Source: an uncultured Actinomycetes bacterium
Lineage (GTDB): Bacteria; Actinomycetota; Thermoleophilia; UBA2241
Length of the DNA stretch: 64,000 bases
NCBI GenBank assembly: GCA_963767005.1
Contig: CAVYCN010000019.1
Location: 1 to 64,000 of the forward strand
Direction of reading: 5' to 3'
In this document: positions 37,190 to 46,558 of the stretch, in pieces
How the letters are laid out: each line of letters starts with the position of its first letter
Numbering within the stretch: position 1 is the stretch's first letter
The notes under the pieces: generated by a model
Databases searched by the model: none
Told to the model about the DNA's origin: nothing
The model's input: only the letters and a program-made list of their open reading frames with translations
Program-made: the position numbers and the translations under genes

Positions 37190-37217
37190 TCTCAGGAGAC
37201 TCAAAGGAAGCCCTCAG
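37190..37217 (+). promoter_or_regulatory. MprA/OmpR-type direct-repeat array (three hexamers, 11-bp period)
   Basis: TCTCAG-n5-TCAAAG-n5-CCTCAG upstream of the HtrA-like gene. Confidence 0.55.
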
Positions 37218-37332
37218 AGGCTGCCAAGCCCGGCTGGTTACAACTGTCCCGAGCGCAGGGCTCCCGCGGGCGGCGCGGTTCACGGTCCGCCGGGGAAGAT
37301 TGTGGGTGAGCAGCGATCATTGTGGAGGCACG

Positions 37333-38673
37333 ATGTCCGATCCGATCCCGCCGGGTGAGCCCGTGGAGGCCCGGAACACAGACCGAGCAGGCGACGTTCA
37401 CGCCGCCCCCAACACGGCCTGGAGCCTGCCCGAGGGCGGCTGGCCGGGCGCCGGCGGCGCCTGGACACCTCCGCCTGCCGGCGGGGCGGCCGGCCCCACG
37501 GGCCGGCCGCCCCGCCGGCGTCACCTCTTCGCCAGGTTCACGGCGGCGGCCGCCCTTGTCGCCATCGCCGCGTTCCTCGGCGTCGCCATCAGCCAGGGCT
37601 TCTGGCAGTCGAGTCAGGTCACGTCGATCCGCAGCCCGGCCGCGAACGGCACGAACGGTGCGAGCACCGGCGGCGCGTCGCGCTCGACGAGCTCGGCGAC
37701 GGCGGGCCGCGCGCTCTCGGGCAAGGCGGCGATCGCCGCGCGCGTCGACCCCGCCCTCGTCGACATCAACGTGGCGCTCGGCTATCAGGGCGGACGGGCG
37801 GCCGCGACGGGCATCGTGCTCACGTCGTCGGGCCTGGTGCTGACCAACAACCACGTCGTCTCCGGCGCGACCGCGATCAGCGCGACCGACGTCGGTAACG
37901 GTCGTTCCTACACGGCCACCGTGGTCGGCTACGATCGCACCCACGACATCGCCGTGATCCAGCTCAAGGACGCCTCGGGCCTGACGACGGCCACCCTGGG
38001 CGACTCGTCTGCGGTCGCGGTGGGCGAGGCGGTCGTGGCGATCGGCAACGCCGGCGGCACGGGCGGCACCCCGAGCGCGGCGGCCGGCAGCATCGTGGCC
38101 GTCGATCAGCAGATCGTGGCAAGCGACGAGACCAGCGCCTCGTCGGAGCAGCTCACCGGCCTGTTCCAGACCAACGCCGCGATCCAGCCCGGCGACTCGG
38201 GCGGTCCGCTCGTCGACTCGAGCGGCCGCGTGGTCGGCATCGACACGGCGGCCTCGAGCCAGTACTCGTTCCAGTCGACGCAGACCCAGGGCTTCGCCGT
38301 GCCGATCGACACGGCCACGCAGATCGTGGCTCAGATCGAGGGCGGCCAGTCGTCGGCGTCCATCCACATCGGCGCGACCGCGTTCCTCGGCGTGCAGCTC
38401 ACGTCGACGGACCAGGGCTTCGGCGGCGCCGGCGGCCAGTCGAGCGGCGCCGTCGTGGTCGGCGTGCTGTCGGGCTCACCGGCATCGCAGGCGGGCCTGA
38501 CCGGCGGCGACACCATCGTGACGCTCGACGGCCAGACGGTGAGCTCGCCCACGGCGCTCAGCAGCCTGCTCGGCACGTACCACCCCGGCGACAAGGTCAC
38601 CCTCGGCTGGGTCGACCAGGCCGGCGGCCAGCACTCGACCACAGTGCAGCTCGCCACGGGGCCGGCTGCCTAG
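37333..38673 (+). CDS. HtrA/PepD-like trypsin serine protease with PDZ domain
   Basis: TM anchor, LTNNHVV, HDIAV, PGDSGGPL, PDZ (GSPASQAGLTGGDTI). Confidence 0.93.
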   Translation: MSDPIPPGEPVEARNTDRAGDVHAAPNTAWSLPEGGWPGAGGAWTPPPAGGAAGPTGRPPRRRHLFARFTAAAALVAIAAFLGVAISQGFWQSSQVTSIRSPAANGTNGASTGGASRSTSSATAGRALSGKAAIAARVDPALVDINVALGYQGGRAAATGIVLTSSGLVLTNNHVVSGATAISATDVGNGRSYTATVVGYDRTHDIAVIQLKDASGLTTATLGDSSAVAVGEAVVAIGNAGGTGGTPSAAAGSIVAVDQQIVASDETSASSEQLTGLFQTNAAIQPGDSGGPLVDSSGRVVGIDTAASSQYSFQSTQTQGFAVPIDTATQIVAQIEGGQSSASIHIGATAFLGVQLTSTDQGFGGAGGQSSGAVVVGVLSGSPASQAGLTGGDTIVTLDGQTVSSPTALSSLLGTYHPGDKVTLGWVDQAGGQHSTTVQLATGPAA

Positions 38674-38699
38674 ACCAGGGCGATCAGGCGCAGGCGCAC

Positions 38700-38739
38700 G
38701 GATCGGCGCCGCGGCACGGCCGTGCCGCGGCGCCGATCC
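38700..38739. terminator. Perfect 40-bp palindrome between convergent genes
   Basis: GGATCGGCGCCGCGGCACGG|CCGTGCCGCGGCGCCGATCC. Confidence 0.65.
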
Positions 38740-38743
38740 CGCG

Positions 38744-39964
38744 TCAGGACACGCAGACGAGCGTGCCGATCGGGTCGTACCGGTAGACCACGGCGGCCGG
38801 GCCGTAGGGCAGCTCGACGCAGCCCAGGCTCTGCGGCCAGCCGTAGGAGCCGCGGATGAAGCCGTGCACCGCGTCGCCGCCGTTGAAGTAGGCGACGTAG
38901 GGCACGCCCGGGTCGCTGTAGTGGCTGCCGTCGGGGTTGGTGCCGCTCATCGTGGTCGACAGGTAGCGGGCGTAGACCGGGAACGTGCCGTACGCGGTCG
39001 GTCGGACCGCGATGCCCGTGTTGCAGAGGCTGCGGTAGATGGTGCGGCCGTCGGACCACACCCGCAGCGTCTCGGGGATGGCCGTCGAGACTTCGAGGTA
39101 GCGATACGCGCGCCTGGTGGCCTTGTGGTGAGAGGCGTCCTTGAGCAGGTCGGTCCAGACCGCGCGGCCGGCGACGCTGTCGGTCGCCAGGTGGTGGTCG
39201 GCTTCGAACTCCATCACCGCCCCGCGGATCAGCACCGTCGACCGCCCGCGCTTCCAGATCGCCGACAGGGTCGTCGGGATGTGGCGGTAGCGCCACTTGA
39301 AGGTGCCGGACAGCGGCTTCAGCGAGACGAGGTCGAGCGCGGCGGGCTCCCGGCTGATCGCCGAGACGGTCCCGCTGCCCGTGCCCGACGGCACTGAGAA
39401 GCGCAGCGGCAGGTAGCCGACCTCGGCGAGGAGCTGCTGCAGGCGCAGCACGGACGACGGTCCGCCCACCGTGAACGAGGCCGTGCGGGTGGCGGCAAGC
39501 CGGCCGCCGTCGGCGGCGAGCACGCCCGCGGCCCCGCCGGGGATGGTGACGGTCACCTTCGCGTACACGGGCAGGTGGCCCGTCGTCACGAACTGCAGGG
39601 TCGAGCCGGCGACCTTCCAGGCGCCCGGCACGCGGGGCTTGAGACGCGGCAGCGGCGTGTCGGCGGCCAGCGCCCTCGAGAACTTGACCGTGATGCGACT
39701 CGAGAAGGCTACGTTCGCGGCCTTGTTCTTGGGCGTCACCGAGCCGAAGCGCAGCGGCGACGGCGTCGGAGTGGGCGACGGGCTCGTGCTGTCGGACGGG
39801 CTCGGGGAGGGGCTCACGCTGCCGGACGGGCCGGGGCTCGGGTCGGACGCGGTCGAGCCAAGGGCGGTGGCATGCGACGGTACGAGCGTGAGGAAGGCGA
39901 CCGCGAGCAGCACCGCTGCGACGGGCACGGCTACCAGGATCCAACCGGCGACGAGCTTCTTCAC
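38744..39964 (-). CDS. L,D-transpeptidase (YkuD domain) with an Ig-like domain
   Basis: NTG...PTAYG, DAVHG...SLGCVEL catalytic motif. Confidence 0.88.
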   Translation of the reverse strand: MKKLVAGWILVAVPVAAVLLAVAFLTLVPSHATALGSTASDPSPGPSGSVSPSPSPSDSTSPSPTPTPSPLRFGSVTPKNKAANVAFSSRITVKFSRALAADTPLPRLKPRVPGAWKVAGSTLQFVTTGHLPVYAKVTVTIPGGAAGVLAADGGRLAATRTASFTVGGPSSVLRLQQLLAEVGYLPLRFSVPSGTGSGTVSAISREPAALDLVSLKPLSGTFKWRYRHIPTTLSAIWKRGRSTVLIRGAVMEFEADHHLATDSVAGRAVWTDLLKDASHHKATRRAYRYLEVSTAIPETLRVWSDGRTIYRSLCNTGIAVRPTAYGTFPVYARYLSTTMSGTNPDGSHYSDPGVPYVAYFNGGDAVHGFIRGSYGWPQSLGCVELPYGPAAVVYRYDPIGTLVCVS

Positions 39965-40199
39965 GCGAGCATCCTCCGCTCCTCGGACCCGCGGCGCGGG
40001 TCGCCTTCGCGCGACGCGCCGGCAGCTCCGCGGCGGCGCTCACGAACTTCCCCTTCAGTGTAATCGTAGGAGGGGGTTCGCGAAACCATGGCGAGCGCGG
40101 TCCGCGCGAGGGCGGGTGGCGTGAGCGGAGGTCTGAGCGCGGCGGGCGTCGGCCGGAGCACGCACCCGCAGGCGGGTGGCCGTCAGCGGCGGGCGACGC

Positions 40200-41231
40200 T
40201 CACAGCGGGTCCATGACGACGGCGTCGGCGCGGCAGCCGGTCGCGCACACGCCGCACCCGCGGCAGAGCGCGGGATCGACAGCCGGCGGCGCCGTATCGC
40301 CCCGGGGCGGCCGCCCCGCGCGGACGATCGCGTCGAACGGACAGCGCGCCACACAGCGGTTGCAGCCGTCGCACGAGCCCGTGTCGATGCGTGCCACGTA
40401 ACGCGTCAGCGGCCACAGCTTGACGGCGTCGAGGCGCTTGCCGGCGAGCTGCGGGAAGCAGCAGTCGGAGCAGCAGGTGCAGATACCGCGCATGGCGCTG
40501 CCCGGCAGGCCGCCGGTGTGCATGAGGCCGAGGCGGCTGTGCTCGCGGGCGTTCTCGACGGCGCGCTCCACCGAGATCTCCCAGCCGAGATCGTGCCAGT
40601 GGCCGTGCGGACCCTCGAAGCGCAGGCAGTTGAGCGTCGGCTTGCGGCAGCGGCCCATGATCGTGCGGCAGTCGCACGGATACAGGTAGATGTGCTCCTG
40701 AGCGCGCAGGATATCCTCGACCTCGTCGAGCAGCAGATAGGTCATGTTCTCGATCGGCTCGACCGGCAGCCCCGCCTTGGCGGCGTCGACGAACGGGCGG
40801 GCGTGCTCGACGTAGTAGGCAAGCTCCCACTCGCGCAACCGCTCGCGGACGTCGTCGGGCAGGTCGAGCCAGCCCTCGAAGAAGGTCCACACCACGAAGC
40901 GGTCGTGGAACGAGGCGACCCGGTAACGCCTGCGAGGGGCCCGCTCGACCACCGCTCGCCGGTAGGCCCGCTCGAGGAACGCCCGCACTTCGGCGGGCGC
41001 GGCCGCCGGCGCGAGCCGCCGGCGCAGCGCGACCACGCCGAGCGGTCCGCCGGCGAGCGCCGCGACCAGAGTGGCCTCGGCGGGCTCGTAGAAGCGGTCG
41101 AGGAACGGCAGGACGAAGTCGGGGACGCCCGCCACGCGGGCGACGAGCTCGAGCGGCGCCGTCGCGGCGCCGGGGATGGTCGATGTCCCCGGCACGACGG
41201 GCTGCTGTCGACCAGTGTCGGGGGGCTTCAT
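40200..41231 (-). CDS. 4Fe-4S dicluster-binding protein
   Basis: PCDCR, ICTCCSDCC, CDGCNRCVARCP, CRGCGVCATGC. Confidence 0.88.
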   Translation of the reverse strand: MKPPDTGRQQPVVPGTSTIPGAATAPLELVARVAGVPDFVLPFLDRFYEPAEATLVAALAGGPLGVVALRRRLAPAAAPAEVRAFLERAYRRAVVERAPRRRYRVASFHDRFVVWTFFEGWLDLPDDVRERLREWELAYYVEHARPFVDAAKAGLPVEPIENMTYLLLDEVEDILRAQEHIYLYPCDCRTIMGRCRKPTLNCLRFEGPHGHWHDLGWEISVERAVENAREHSRLGLMHTGGLPGSAMRGICTCCSDCCFPQLAGKRLDAVKLWPLTRYVARIDTGSCDGCNRCVARCPFDAIVRAGRPPRGDTAPPAVDPALCRGCGVCATGCRADAVVMDPL

Positions 41232-41304
41232 CGCCACGGGAGCATCATGCCTATTGTAGCGAACCGTCGCCGGCGGCGCCGCCCCGGGCGAGGCCGGCCT
41301 GACG

Positions 41305-41363
41305 GTTCGGCGATCGACTTCGTCGTCGCCGCTCAGGCATGCGTGGCTTCGCTGCGCGCCTGG
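41305..41363. repeat. Third copy of the double-hairpin REP-like element
   Basis: GGCGATCGAC-TTC-GTCGTCGCC...CAGGCATGCGTGGC-TTC-GCTGCGCGCCTGG. Confidence 0.75.
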
Positions 41364-41364
41364 T

Positions 41365-42381
41365 CTAGTCGCCGGCCGTGCTGCCGAAGCGGCGCCCGCC
41401 GATCTCGAGCCAGGCGCCGGCACCGCGTTCGCGCGCCTTGTCGAGCACGTGACGCGCGGCAGCGAGGTCCTCGACGGCCAAACCGAGCGACTTGAACAAG
41501 GTGATCTCGTCGGGCGCGCCGCGACCCGGCGCCGCGCCGGTCAGCACCTCGCCGATCTCGCCGACGATGTGATCGTCGCCGATCGCGCCTTCGGCCTGCG
41601 CGAGCAGGAACTCGCCCGCCTCGCTGCGCGTCGCCTCGCGGCGGTCGACGTACAGGCGGGCGCGCGCGACAGCCCGCGTATCGAGCTCGCGGGTGGTCGG
41701 CGAATAGGCACCGACGGCGTTGATGTGGGCGCCCGGCGCGAGCCACTCGCCGCGCAGCACCGGCTCCGTCGCCGTCGTCACGGTGCAGACGATGTCGGCG
41801 CCGCGCACGGCCTCCTCGGCCGACCCGGCGACCTCGACGGTGAGCCCGGTACCTCGTTCCTCGCGCCGGGCGAACTCCTCGGCGCTGCCGGCCGGCAGGC
41901 TGAACACGCGCACCCGCCGCAGCGGGCGCACGCAGGCCATGGCGGCGAGGTGGGTGTGCGCCTGCGTACCGGCGCCGATCAGCGCGAGGTCGCCGGCGCC
42001 GGGCGCCGCGAGCAGGTCGGTCGCCACGCCGCTCACGGCGGCGGTACGGATGGCGGTGATAGAGGTGGCGTCGACGATCGCCCGCAGCCTGCCGTGGTCG
42101 TCGTCGAAGACGAGCACGACGCCCTGGTGGGTGTCGTACTCGCCGCCGAAGTTGGCCGGAAAGCCGGTGATCACCTTCACGCCGAGCGTCCCGGCGCCGC
42201 CGAGGTACGCCGGCATGAGGCTGAGGACGCGCTCGCCGCCCGGCAGCGCGACGACGTCGCGCAGCGGCAGGAGCGTGTCGGGCTCCCGAAGCCGGCGCAG
42301 CGCGTCGCGCATGACCGCGACGGCCTCGCTCATGGGCAGCAGTTCGGTGACCAGCTTCTGGTCGGCGATGAGGACGTCCAA
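41365..42381 (-). CDS. Ornithine cyclodeaminase / mu-crystallin family protein
   Basis: LMPAY, GVKVI, ITAIRTAAVS, GAGTQA, HINAVG, FKSLGLAVED. Confidence 0.93.
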   Translation of the reverse strand: MDVLIADQKLVTELLPMSEAVAVMRDALRRLREPDTLLPLRDVVALPGGERVLSLMPAYLGGAGTLGVKVITGFPANFGGEYDTHQGVVLVFDDDHGRLRAIVDATSITAIRTAAVSGVATDLLAAPGAGDLALIGAGTQAHTHLAAMACVRPLRRVRVFSLPAGSAEEFARREERGTGLTVEVAGSAEEAVRGADIVCTVTTATEPVLRGEWLAPGAHINAVGAYSPTTRELDTRAVARARLYVDRREATRSEAGEFLLAQAEGAIGDDHIVGEIGEVLTGAAPGRGAPDEITLFKSLGLAVEDLAAARHVLDKARERGAGAWLEIGGRRFGSTAGD

Positions 42382-42585
42382 GGGGGCCTCCCGGTCGGCG
42401 CGTCGTCTGGCGAGGCGCGCGGAGCGGCGCCGGCGCGGGCCTCGAGAGCCGAGTATACCCGGGGAGGGCCCGGCCGCGAGTGCGGCGCGTCGAGGCTGCC
42501 GAACGGCGGCGCGGAGGCGCTCGGTCCGACAGGCGCGAAAGGTAGTCGCGCCGGCTCCGGCGGCGCGGCAGCGCCGCCGAGTCGC

Positions 42586-43479
42586 TCAGACGGCCGCGGC
42601 GACGGGCTCGCCGAGGCGCTCGCGCAGGCGTGCGCCGCGGTTGCGCAGGGCGTCGCGGTCGGCCTTGCGGCCGCAGTCGGCGCACTCGAGCAGATCGAGT
42701 GACGAGGCACGCTCGACCTCGGCGAGCGCCTCGGCGTCGCGTCCCATCGCCTTGAGCACGATGGTCAGCCGGTTGAACAGGCCGGGCAGCTCGTGGAGCA
42801 CGCGACGCTCGTCCAAGGCCTCGTCGCGGGCCCCCAGCAGGATCTCGAGCGCCCGCCGGTAGAGCGCGACGGCGTCGGAGGGAGCGTGCTTCTCGCGGGC
42901 CCGCGCCTCGGCGGCGAGCGTCAGAGCGTCGGCGACGCGGCTCTCGGTCTCGAGCGTGCGCCGGCGCTGCTCGACGTGGAAGGCCGCGACCGCGGCGCCG
43001 GTCGGGGCGAGCGACCGGGTGGTGGCGAACACGACGAACGCAGGCGGCTCGTCGGCAGCCAGCCGCTCGTGCTCGAACAGCACGAGGCAGCGGCAGCCGC
43101 CCGGCGCGCTGCAGTGCGGGTTGGGCGCCCAGGCGAGGGCCTCGTCGACATCGCCGGTCTCGCGCCCGTCCCAGGCTGCGCACTCGGGACAGGTGGCGTC
43201 GTCGGCGACCGCCGAGTAGACGGCGGTGGACACGGTCGCGCGCACTTCGCGGGCGAGTGGCCCCGCGGCGAGGCTCAGGGCCGGCGCCTCGGCGCCGTCG
43301 GCCGACACCAGCAGGTCGAGGGCGCCGGCGCAGGCCGGGCACAGCCCGAAGGGCTCGTCGGGATCCGCCGCGGCGCCGCAGAGCGGACAGGCCGCTGCAG
43401 CGGGGACCGCTGCGCCGCAGGTGGCGCAGAACGTGGCGGTGTCACCGATCGAAAGCCCGCAGCTGTGGCAGCGCTTCAT
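42586..43479 (-). CDS. Cys-rich zinc-ribbon protein with a MuF-like motif and a TPR-like C-terminus
   Basis: CHSC, CATC, CPLC, CPAC; DDATCPEC..DG..PNPHC....CRC; helical C-terminus. Confidence 0.7.
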   Translation of the reverse strand: MKRCHSCGLSIGDTATFCATCGAAVPAAAACPLCGAAADPDEPFGLCPACAGALDLLVSADGAEAPALSLAAGPLAREVRATVSTAVYSAVADDATCPECAAWDGRETGDVDEALAWAPNPHCSAPGGCRCLVLFEHERLAADEPPAFVVFATTRSLAPTGAAVAAFHVEQRRRTLETESRVADALTLAAEARAREKHAPSDAVALYRRALEILLGARDEALDERRVLHELPGLFNRLTIVLKAMGRDAEALAEVERASSLDLLECADCGRKADRDALRNRGARLRERLGEPVAAAV

Positions 43480-43618
43480 GGACCACCTCCTGACGCCTCG
43501 GCTGGCGGGGGGCGCGGCGCAGTGGGCACGCGATCACTGCAGGTCATCGGCCGGTTCGGCCACATCGTTAGGGGGCGCGCCGCTTTGGGCGGCACTCGGC
43601 GTCACCAGAGCAGACGAC

Positions 43619-43657
43619 GGCGCCGGGGCGGCGGCCTGCGGCCGCCGCCCCGGCGCC
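43619..43657 (-). terminator. GC hairpin downstream of the 43705 gene
   Basis: GGCGCCGGGGCGGCGGCC-TGC-GGCCGCCGCCCCGGCGCC. Confidence 0.55.
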
Positions 43658-43704
43658 CCGGCCGGGCGCGCGCCGCGCGCCCGGCCCTCCCTCGTCTGTG
43701 CGCG

Positions 43705-46482
43705 CTACGTGGTGTGCTTGCGCGGCACCGCAGGCCACTCGGCGGCATGCCAGGCGCCGCGATGCTGCGGCGCGCGCACCATGGTCGGCGCGCCGGCGAA
43801 GCGCAGCAGCCACGCGGGCCGCAGGCCGCGGTTCATGCGGTCGAACCTATAGGTGCCGAACTCGAGGCCCGCCGGCCACCACGGCGCGTGGAAGACCGGA
43901 GCGCCCTTGCGCACGACGCGCAGGACGCCGCGTCCGGTCGTCGCCTGGTGGTTGCCGGCCAGGTCCGTGGCGGTGACCACGACGCGGTAGGTGCCCGGCT
44001 TGAGCTCGCAGCTGAAACGCAGGTAGTAGTACGGGACCTCCTCGCCGAACACTTCCCAGTCGCCGGCACTCTCGACGAAGCGGCGCAGCACCCGGCCGTG
44101 CCGATCCTTGATCGCGACGGTGACGCTCTTGACGCCGCTCATCTCGTCGGTCGCCATGAAGAAGAGCGTGCCGCGGCCCCCGGTGTCGACCACGCTGTCG
44201 CGCGGCACGCCGCAGGCCGGGCCGAGGGTGTCGATGCCGACCATCCGCGATTCGGTCTGCTCCTGGTTGCCGGCCGCGTCGGTGCTGTAGTAGAGCACCG
44301 TGTGCTCGCCATCGAAGTGGTGATCGGCGTAGGCCGGCACCGTCAGCGACGCCCCGCTCTGCCAGGCGCCGGCGTCGAGGCGCGACTCGGTGCCCGCCAC
44401 GCCGGCGGTGCCGATGTCGTTGGTGGTGAAGCCGATGGTCAGCGGCTTGCGGTGCCAGCCGGTGTCGGCACGCTCGTCGAGGGTCACCGGAGCGGCCGTG
44501 TCACCGGCCGGGTCGAGGGTCGAGACGAGGAACCCGTCGCCGAAGGCCCAGACGTGGTGCGCGTCGGTGCCGACGATCGATTCGACGCCGTAACCGGCCG
44601 CGACCCGCTGCCAGTCCGTGCCGCCGTCGGTCGTCTGATAGACACCGTTGTAGCCGCCCAGCCAGCCGTGCTGCTGGTCGCTGAAATGGACGGTCGTGGC
44701 CTGCGCGTCGCCGAGGCCAGGCACCTGCGCCCAGGTCGCGCCACCGTCGGTCGTGTGCAGCACCCAGCCCGCCTCGACGTCGTCGTTCTCGTCGTAGGTC
44801 ACGCCGACCGCCCAGCCCTCGGTCGGGCTCACGAACTGCAGGCCGGTGATCGCGGGAGCCCCCTTGGGCAGCTTCTCGCGCGTCCAGGTGAAGCCGCCGT
44901 TCGTGGTGGCGAAGATCGCGCCGGCCGGATAGGAGAAGTCGGACGACCACCAGTAGCCGCCCACCCAGCCGTCGGACGCGTCGGTGAAGTCCATCGCGAT
45001 GAGGCCCATGTTGCCGGGCACGAACTGCGGGATCCAGGTGGCGCCGCCGTCGGTCGTGTGCTCGATCGACAGGTTGGCGCCCTCGTTCCAGCCGGTGGTG
45101 TCGTTGCTGACCGCCCAGGCCGTCTGGGCGTCGACGGCGTCGACCCCCCAGAGGCCGCCGCCGAGGTTGGACTGCTGCGGCTCCCAGGTGGCGCCGCCGT
45201 CGGTCGTGTGGAAGATCAGGCTGCCGTCGCCCCAGTCGTCGCTAGCGCCGACCGCCCAGCCGTTGGCGGCGTCGGCGAAATCGACACCCAGCAGCGCCGT
45301 GGTGCCACGCAGCGGCACGGGCTGCTCGACGAAGCGGGCCCCGTCGGTGCTGTGCAGCAGCGCGCCGGAGGTGTCGACGGCCCACAGGTCGGTGGCCGAG
45401 ACCGCGTCGGCGGAAGCGAACTCGTATTGCTGGCCCGAGCTGCCCGACCGCCAGGTGGTGCCGGCGTCGGTCGAGAGCAGGATGCCGTCGCCCACCGAGC
45501 ACACAGACGCCCCGCTCGCCGCGATCGTGTACGGCATGGCGGGCGCGGCCACGGTGGTGGTGCGCCAGCTGAAGCCGCCGTTGCTCGAGTGCAGGAACAT
45601 GGTCGGCGCCTGGATGTCGTAGTCGTCCCAGCTCTCGCCGACCGCCCACAGGCCGCCCAGGCCATCGGTGCAGAGATCCGACACCGAGACATCTCCGAAT
45701 TCGCGCAGCGGCAGCCAGGAACGGCCCCCGTCGTGCGTGAAGATGAGCATCGAGTCGCCCCAGCCGTCGGTCGTAAGGCCCCAGCCGTCGGAGCGGTCGG
45801 TGAACACGAGCTGCTGGAGCATGTTGTAGCCTTCGCTGCCCGGATAGCGACTCGAGGTCCACGTGCGACCGGCGTTCGTCGTGCGCCAGATGCGGCCCCG
45901 GGGGCCGCCGGCCCAGCCGTGCCGAGCGTCGACGAAGTCGACCACTACGCTGTCCTTGCCGGCGCTCGGCAGCGCTATCGTCGCCCAGGTGGCGCCGCCG
46001 TCGGTCGTCTTGAGCACGGTGCCGACGGCCGTGCCGACCCAGCCGTGGGTCGCGTCGCTGAAGCTCACGTTCGTGAGCGTCGCCGTGAGGCCGGCCGGCG
46101 TGACGTCGGACCAGTCCGCGCCGGCGTCGGTCGTGCGCAGGATCACGCCCGGCTCGTCGGCGGTCGCCTGGCCGCCGACCACGCAGCCGTGGTCGGCGTC
46201 GGCGAAGGCCACCGACCACAGGTCGGCGTCGCTGCCGGTCGGCTGCGCCGCCCAGGTGGCGCCGCCGTCGGTGCTGCGTTCGACGAGGCCGCCGAGGCCG
46301 ACGGCCCACGCCTGGCCGGGAGCCGCGAACGTGCAGCCGTTGAGCGCGGCCGCCGGTTGCGGCATCTGCCAGTACCAGCCATGCGCACCGTCGGGCGCGA
46401 GCGCGCGAGCGACTCCGGGCAAGACAGCGAGCGCCGCGAGCGCCGCCGCCATCGTGATGCAGACCATCCAGGCACGTCTCAT
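43705..46482 (-). CDS. Secreted YCF48/BNR-repeat beta-propeller protein with C-terminal Ig-like domains (paralog B)
   Basis: Collinear with 32312..35086: HGWxWQMPQPA, SSGQxYxF, GIDTLGP, PWWPAGL. Confidence 0.88.
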   Translation of the reverse strand: MRRAWMVCITMAAALAALAVLPGVARALAPDGAHGWYWQMPQPAAALNGCTFAAPGQAWAVGLGGLVERSTDGGATWAAQPTGSDADLWSVAFADADHGCVVGGQATADEPGVILRTTDAGADWSDVTPAGLTATLTNVSFSDATHGWVGTAVGTVLKTTDGGATWATIALPSAGKDSVVVDFVDARHGWAGGPRGRIWRTTNAGRTWTSSRYPGSEGYNMLQQLVFTDRSDGWGLTTDGWGDSMLIFTHDGGRSWLPLREFGDVSVSDLCTDGLGGLWAVGESWDDYDIQAPTMFLHSSNGGFSWRTTTVAAPAMPYTIAASGASVCSVGDGILLSTDAGTTWRSGSSGQQYEFASADAVSATDLWAVDTSGALLHSTDGARFVEQPVPLRGTTALLGVDFADAANGWAVGASDDWGDGSLIFHTTDGGATWEPQQSNLGGGLWGVDAVDAQTAWAVSNDTTGWNEGANLSIEHTTDGGATWIPQFVPGNMGLIAMDFTDASDGWVGGYWWSSDFSYPAGAIFATTNGGFTWTREKLPKGAPAITGLQFVSPTEGWAVGVTYDENDDVEAGWVLHTTDGGATWAQVPGLGDAQATTVHFSDQQHGWLGGYNGVYQTTDGGTDWQRVAAGYGVESIVGTDAHHVWAFGDGFLVSTLDPAGDTAAPVTLDERADTGWHRKPLTIGFTTNDIGTAGVAGTESRLDAGAWQSGASLTVPAYADHHFDGEHTVLYYSTDAAGNQEQTESRMVGIDTLGPACGVPRDSVVDTGGRGTLFFMATDEMSGVKSVTVAIKDRHGRVLRRFVESAGDWEVFGEEVPYYYLRFSCELKPGTYRVVVTATDLAGNHQATTGRGVLRVVRKGAPVFHAPWWPAGLEFGTYRFDRMNRGLRPAWLLRFAGAPTMVRAPQHRGAWHAAEWPAVPRKHTT

Positions 46483-46558
46483 GTGCCACCCCCCAGCGCC
46501 GTTGCCCATCACTGCCAGATGCGAGGACGCGACCGTGTCGCCACGGCCGGCTCGCTCG

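Noticed and set aside
39965-40199. c-di-AMP or c-di-GMP riboswitch upstream of cell-wall genes (also checked near 15002-15197 and 50750-50844)
   Set aside because: The conserved aptamer motifs were not found; an Infernal/Rfam scan would be decisive.
42586-43479. Prophage around the MuF-like gene or the excisionase-like HTH genes
   Set aside because: No integrase, terminase, portal or capsid genes, and the flanking genes are cellular.
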